64,000 bases of DNA from Leptonemataceae bacterium (GTDB taxonomy: Bacteria; Spirochaetota; Leptospiria; Leptospirales; Leptonemataceae), in contig OZ245742.1 in NCBI GenBank assembly GCA_965227295.1, positions 5,120,001 to 5,184,000 on the forward strand. Reading direction: 5' to 3'. A model generated the notes under the pieces. The model saw only the letters and a list, made by a program, of their open reading frames with translations, had not been told where the DNA came from and searched no databases. This document shows, one piece after another, positions 58,924 to 64,000 of this stretch; within the stretch, counting starts at the first letter, position 1, and each line of letters begins with the position of its first letter. The position numbers were made by a program, and so were the translations under genes.

Positions 58924-59538
58924 ATGTTGATCTACTCGCAACCCTATCGTCGTAAAACCGAACGCCTGAACGTTACGCTCACCCGGGAAAAGGGCGGTTA
59001 CCTGCTCGTGGTGGACGCGTTGCGCAACGCCCCGGAGACCCTGTATCGCCTGGCGGCGGTGCTCTTCGTCCACGAATGGAACATCACCCACGCGGACATC
59101 TGCACCCTCGAGAACCTGGAGATCATCGACAAGTTCCTGGTGCGACCGGTAGACAACGAGATGGCCGTGGACGAACTCAAGTTCGAAAACATGATGTACG
59201 ACTTCGAGCAGTTGCTCTTCGAAAGCCCGTCCGTGTCCACGTATCTCAAAGAGCGCGAGGCCGAGCTCCACTTCGACGCCACCGGCGCCGGCCAGGTGGA
59301 GTTCTATCTCGACGCGAACCGCACGTACATCATGCTTTCCGGTTTCGACCGGCCGGGCCTGCTTTTATCGATCACCCAGGTCTTCGCGTTCATGGAGATC
59401 GACATCCTGGAAGCCCGCATCCACACGGCGCCCGGCGGCCAGGTCCGTAACTCCTTTTTGCTGAATCCTACGGACGGCCGGTTCAAGGATCCCCGCTTCC
59501 GCGAGCGGTTGAGCGACGGATTGCGGATGTTGCTGTAA
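58924..59538 (+). CDS. Tandem ACT-domain protein resembling the GlnD C-terminus
   Basis: NITHADI.T....IIDKF and DRPGLL..I..VF....IDILEARIHT. Confidence 0.7.
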   Translation: MLIYSQPYRRKTERLNVTLTREKGGYLLVVDALRNAPETLYRLAAVLFVHEWNITHADICTLENLEIIDKFLVRPVDNEMAVDELKFENMMYDFEQLLFESPSVSTYLKEREAELHFDATGAGQVEFYLDANRTYIMLSGFDRPGLLLSITQVFAFMEIDILEARIHTAPGGQVRNSFLLNPTDGRFKDPRFRERLSDGLRMLL

Positions 59539-60462
59539 TGTCGGGCACGCCCTGAATCGTGGTGTAAGTGCAGGCCAGTGTACATTAAGGCTTTTATGGG
59601 TACAGCTGGTTCCAGCTTACGGTCGGAGGTCATGCCGGGAATATGTGGGGCGCGCACCGGAACGGCGTCTTCGTCGCAAGAACCGCTGCGGTAGCTGAGT
59701 CGCAAACCGACGTCCGGGTCGAACGCAGCACTCTTTGCAAAACGAAAATCCACAACTCCCGCTTCGCCGTAGCCAAATCAACCCCTTCACCATAACGCAA
59801 CTTGCCTAATGTTTCTCACGGCAAACGACGCGAACCACAGTTCTTGAACTACCGAAAACTTTTCGGTAGTTCGCAGGCGCCCCGAATCGTGGTGTAAGTA
59901 ACGGCCAGTGTACATTAAGGCTTTTATGGGTACGGCTGGTTCCAGCTGACGAACGGAGGTTGTGCCGGGGAGCGTGGTAAGGCGGACCGGAACGGCGTCT
60001 TCGCTTTGGAAAAAACATCAAGCGAAGGCGCACCGGAACGGCGTCTTCGTCGTAAGAAACGTTCCGATCGCTGAGTCACAAACCGACGTCCGGTGTCGGC
60101 AAGGCCCCACTTGTTGGGGCCGCGGCAGTTGGTTCCCCACTGGCAGCACTCTTTGCAAAACGAAAATCCACAACTCCCGCTCAGCCGTAGCAAAAAAAGG
60201 CCTTTCACGTTGCGCAATTTACCTCATGTGTCTCACAGCAACAGTCACGAACCGCAGTCCTTGAATTACCGGAAACGCTCGGACAGTTTGCGCACGCCCC
60301 GAATCGTAAAGTAAGTGAAGGCCAGTGTACATTAAGCCTTTGATGGGTACAACTGGTTCCAGCTGACGCGCGGAGGTTATGCCGGGGAACGTGGTAAGGC
60401 GGACCGGAACGGCGTCTTCGTTTCGGAAAAAACATCAAGCGAAGGCGTAAGAAACGTGCGGA
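59539..60462 (-). repeat. Array 4 of the ~330-bp repeat family (about 2.5 units, inverted orientation, nested inserts)
   Basis: Reverse complements of the conserved blocks, e.g. GAATCGTGGTGTAAG, CTGGTTCCAG, CCGGAACGGCGTCTTCG. Confidence 0.95.
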
Positions 60463-60468
60463 TGCGTG

Positions 60469-61449
60469 TTAGCGGGGCCCCACGCGCACGCCGCCGACAA
60501 ATCGTTCCGGCGGCCGGCAGTCTTCGATGAAGTGCAGACGGCCCCCTACTAACTCCTGGCCGGATTCTGTTAAACGAATGCGCTCCCGCAGCCACTCCGG
60601 AGCAGCCGCCGGTTCGTCGGCGAAACCGGCGCTTGCAAGCACCGGCACCTCCGCGTTCCGAAACGCCGTAATCACGCGGAGGAACATGAGGTCACCCAGA
60701 AACGGGAGCGGCTCGCGTTCGTCGTGCAACAAACGAAAGACCGCCGCAATCGTCGGCGGCCCGCCCGTGTCCAGGTCCCGCACGCATTCCAGCGTGAGGC
60801 GTTCCGTAAGAGCCAGGCCGGAGGTATCCGGGAGTTCCAGCAGGTGCCGACGCAGAGCCGCCCGCAGTACGGACTTCCAGCCGGACGCCTCCGCCGGTTC
60901 CGGGCCGGCCAGGGCCATCAACGCCTGCGGCTCCGGCGCGCACAGAGCGGCCCAGACCCGGGCGCCGAAACGAAACATATCTTGCGTAGCTTCTATTGAA
61001 TAGTCGTTAAACACCAGTCTCAGATCTTCCGGCTCCAGTTCGCCGAGGCCGCGAAAACGCCGCCCCGATTGCGTGGGATGATGATCCAACGAGATGAGCC
61101 GCACATTGCGGCGGCGGGTCTCCGCGCAGCGCATGAGCACGTACGCGAGGATGAGCTGATCGTAAGTGTCGTGTTCGAACCAGAGCGTCAGCGGTTCTTC
61201 AGCGGCGACGGCTTCGTCCAGAGCCGTGTATTGCTCGCCGAGTTTCGCGCGAACTTCGGCGACGGCAAGGCCGTAGCTCTCCGAGAGAAACGTTGCGCGA
61301 CGTTCCAGAAATTCCGCGCGGTGCAGTTCCAGGACCGGGCCGTCGCAGTACGGATCCGAGAATTCCAGGAATCGGCCGAAGCCCTCGCCGACCAGGCCGA
61401 TCGCCCGGAGTCCTTCCTGAATGTCGGAGCCGCAGCGTAGATGAATCAT
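60469..61449 (-). CDS. DUF1835-like protein
   Basis: HLRCGSD, DPYCDGP, LWFEHDTYDQL, PFLGD. Confidence 0.75.
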   Translation of the reverse strand: MIHLRCGSDIQEGLRAIGLVGEGFGRFLEFSDPYCDGPVLELHRAEFLERRATFLSESYGLAVAEVRAKLGEQYTALDEAVAAEEPLTLWFEHDTYDQLILAYVLMRCAETRRRNVRLISLDHHPTQSGRRFRGLGELEPEDLRLVFNDYSIEATQDMFRFGARVWAALCAPEPQALMALAGPEPAEASGWKSVLRAALRRHLLELPDTSGLALTERLTLECVRDLDTGGPPTIAAVFRLLHDEREPLPFLGDLMFLRVITAFRNAEVPVLASAGFADEPAAAPEWLRERIRLTESGQELVGGRLHFIEDCRPPERFVGGVRVGPR

Positions 61450-61565
61450 TCGCAGCACATCCCCGAGCGCGCGATTGTAGTTCGCCGCCCCGAACGCACG
61501 GAAGACAACACAATTTTCTCGCGGAAAAAGACTGACAGACTCCGCAGACCTGGTAGAACACCGCC

Positions 61566-63065
61566 ATGTTCGCCTCTCGCCTGCCCGCGACGGCCGCCCT
61601 GGCCGGTCCTCTCGCCGCCCTCGGCATCCTGCTGTTCGCCGACATGGGTGCTCCGGCAGTACGGGCCTGCGCGGCAGTGACGGTGTGGATGGCAGTCTGG
61701 TGGGTCGGCGAAGCGGTCCCGCTGGCGGTGACGGCGTTGCTGCCGGCAATCCTCTTTCCGTTACTCGGCGTCGCCGGGAGCGAGGACATCGCCGGTTCAT
61801 ACTTCAACTCCACGGTCTTTTTATTTCTCGGCGGTTTCGTGCTGGCTCTGGCCATGCAGCGCTGGGACCTACACCGGCGCATCGCCCTGCGCATCATTTT
61901 GTTTTTCGGTGAACGGCCGCCGTACATCATCCTGGGATTCATGACCGCCGCCGCCGTGCTTTCCATGTGGATTTCCAACACCGCCACCGCGGTGATGATG
62001 CTGCCCATGGTTCTCGCCATCGCCGTGAAATTCGAAGGCGACGCGAGTGACGGCCGGGACGACAGCGTGCGCATTACGAAGCCGTTATTGCTCGGCACGG
62101 CCTACGCCTGCTCCGTGGGCGGAGTCGGCACACTCATCGGCACGCCGCCGAATCTGATTTTGCTCCGCACGCATCAGATCGTCTTCCCGGACGCGGACCC
62201 CTTAAGTTTCGCCCGCTGGATGTTACTGGGTGTACCTCTCGCAATCAGCATGTTGTTGATCATCTGGCTGGTGTTGCTCGCGATCTTTCGCGTGCCCTTC
62301 GCGAAACACGAACTGGTGCGTACGGAAACGGTACGCCGGGAGTACCGGGGCCTGGGGCGGCTGAGTTACGAAGAAGCGGCGGTAATGATCGTGTTCACCA
62401 TTACGGCGCTTCTGTGGATCCTGCGCAAAGACATCAGCTTCGGCGACGGCGATCAGGCCTTCGTGATTCCCGGCTGGTCCGGGCTTTTGCCCTACGGCGA
62501 TCTCATCAACGACGGGACCGTCGCCGTGGCCGCCAGCGTGTTGCTGTTCTTGATTCCCGCGCGCGGAAACAACGAACGGACACGCATTCTCACCAACGAC
62601 GTCTTTCGCGATCTGCCCTGGGGCATAGTCTTGCTCTTCGGCGGCGGCTTCGCCCTGGCCCACGGCTTCGAAAGCAGCGGTCTTTCGGAGTACCTCGCCG
62701 GCGGATTCGCCTTCCTGGACACATGGCCTGCCTGGGCGGCGGTCCTCGCGGTCAGTACCGGCATGACCTTTCTCACCGAGTTCACCTCGAACACGGCGAG
62801 CACGCAAATGCTGTTGCCGGTCCTCGCCCAGGCCGCCGTCGCCCGGGACCTGCCCCCGCTCCTGTTGATGGTCCCTGCCGCCCTCAGCGCGTCCATGGCC
62901 TTCATGATGCCCGTGGCCACGCCCCCGAACGCCATCGTCTTCGGCAGTGAACGCCTGCGCATCATCGACATGGTCAAGGCCGGCCTGGTGCTGAACCTGC
63001 TCGGCGCGCTAACAATCACCGGATTCATGTTAGCGCTCGGACTGAATATATTGGGCGGACGTTAA
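61566..63065 (+). CDS. DASS/SLC13 sodium:dicarboxylate-type symporter
   Basis: SMWISNTAT, GTPPN, TEFTSNTA, PVATPPNAIVF. Confidence 0.92.
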   Translation: MFASRLPATAALAGPLAALGILLFADMGAPAVRACAAVTVWMAVWWVGEAVPLAVTALLPAILFPLLGVAGSEDIAGSYFNSTVFLFLGGFVLALAMQRWDLHRRIALRIILFFGERPPYIILGFMTAAAVLSMWISNTATAVMMLPMVLAIAVKFEGDASDGRDDSVRITKPLLLGTAYACSVGGVGTLIGTPPNLILLRTHQIVFPDADPLSFARWMLLGVPLAISMLLIIWLVLLAIFRVPFAKHELVRTETVRREYRGLGRLSYEEAAVMIVFTITALLWILRKDISFGDGDQAFVIPGWSGLLPYGDLINDGTVAVAASVLLFLIPARGNNERTRILTNDVFRDLPWGIVLLFGGGFALAHGFESSGLSEYLAGGFAFLDTWPAWAAVLAVSTGMTFLTEFTSNTASTQMLLPVLAQAAVARDLPPLLLMVPAALSASMAFMMPVATPPNAIVFGSERLRIIDMVKAGLVLNLLGALTITGFMLALGLNILGGR

Positions 63066-63142
63066 CTGTTTCAATTCTTCGCGCCAGGGATACGGAGCAT
63101 GGCGAGTAGCGCCAGTCACGGCCGAAGGCCGGGACCGAATAC

Positions 63143-63889
63143 TCAAGCACTGCCCGGTATCAGCACCGGCACTTTTTCCACTACGGCAATTTCCCGCGTC
63201 GTTACTCGCGCGCGGTATGCAATGACCTCGACGCCGCGTTCATGCGATTCCGCCAGTTGCTGCGCGTACTCCGGGTCGATGTAGTCGGCCGGCTCCAGGT
63301 GCCGTGCGTCGCCGCGTTGAATAATGAATAAGAGCACCGCCCGGGCACCGGCTTCGACGGCGGCGGCCAGTTCGCGCAGATGGCGGCGGCCGCGCAGCGT
63401 TACGGCGTCGGGAAAACGAAAGGCACCCCGCTCCATCATGTTCACATTCTTAACTTCTACGTAACATATCTTACGGCGGCGGCCGCCGGAAAGTCGAAAG
63501 TCCACCCGGCTGCCCTCGCCGCCGCCGGGCAGAATATCGTAACCGCGCTCGCGTTCGATCACACGGTAACCGGTGAGTTCCGGAATGCTGCCGGCGTGCA
63601 ATGCCTCTTCGGCGAGGCGATTCGGCAGAATACTGTTCACGCCGATCCAGCAGCGACCGTTGTGAATCATTTCGAGGGTGTACGGCAACCGGCGCTTCGG
63701 ATTGTTGCTGTGACTGAGCATCACGCGGCGGCCCGCGCCGAGACACGTCCGCATGCTGCCGGGGTTCGGGCAATGGACCGTACGTATCAGGGGCTCGTCG
63801 CCGTCGGGCACCACGCACTCGACGTCGGCCAGGAATCGTTTGTACCGCCGAATCAAGCGGCCGGGAATGAGCGGTTCTACAAAACGCAC
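63143..63889 (-). CDS. sfsA: DNA/RNA nuclease SfsA
   Basis: RRYKRFLADV, HCPNPGSM, YVEVK, FPDAVT.RG.RHL; start uncertain. Confidence 0.92.
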   Translation of the reverse strand: MRFVEPLIPGRLIRRYKRFLADVECVVPDGDEPLIRTVHCPNPGSMRTCLGAGRRVMLSHSNNPKRRLPYTLEMIHNGRCWIGVNSILPNRLAEEALHAGSIPELTGYRVIERERGYDILPGGGEGSRVDFRLSGGRRRKICYVEVKNVNMMERGAFRFPDAVTLRGRRHLRELAAAVEAGARAVLLFIIQRGDARHLEPADYIDPEYAQQLAESHERGVEVIAYRARVTTREIAVVEKVPVLIPGSA

Positions 63890-64000
63890 GATAAATTTTT
63901 GATGACCGTTCCGGGGATTCGCGGCATTTCGAATCATGGCCGAAGAACAGGAAAAGCGCGTCATCCGAATTCGGGTCCGAACCCCGGAAGACTTCGTCTA

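Noticed and set aside
23048..60438. Short ORFs inside the arrays (e.g. 23130-23366, 29846-30274, 30229-30510, 39635-39985, 59304-59753) as genes
   Set aside because: Starts, stops and frames differ between copies and there is no RBS; treated as shadows of the repeat.
22670..60462. CRISPR interpretation of the repeat arrays
   Set aside because: The units are about 330 bp and homologous throughout, with no unique spacers and no cas genes in the window.
1..64000. tRNA, rRNA, integrase or prophage genes
   Set aside because: None recognised by eye; a tRNAscan/Infernal run would be needed to exclude small RNAs.

Overview
A 64-kb, GC-rich bacterial chromosomal window. The gene content points to a Leptospiraceae-like spirochaete (inference): TIGR04388-like giant protein, DUF1577, a hemO/MFS/HmuY/TonB-receptor heme locus, and an MbnP/MbnH locus. 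The left end holds a >2,260-codon minus-strand polymorphic-toxin-like gene with a Hint domain; it runs off the window and is missing from the ORF track. Other loci: heme uptake with three Fur-like boxes, oxyR-ahpCF, a DUF2946-mbnP-mbnH copper-type operon, a sigma-54 activator facing a split Rieske oxygenase, an ECF sigma operon, ctaA/ctaB and housekeeping genes. Several accessory genes are eroded (type II R-M, KAP NTPase, IS5-like transposase). The main unexplained structure is a ~329-334 bp repeat present as four intergenic tandem arrays (about 9 unit-equivalents, about 3.2 kb). The arrays start and end at different points of the unit, share sequence blocks in mosaic fashion, vary in a codon-like way despite stop codons, and carry nested small hairpin inserts. 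All family calls come from motif recognition by eye, not from database searches.
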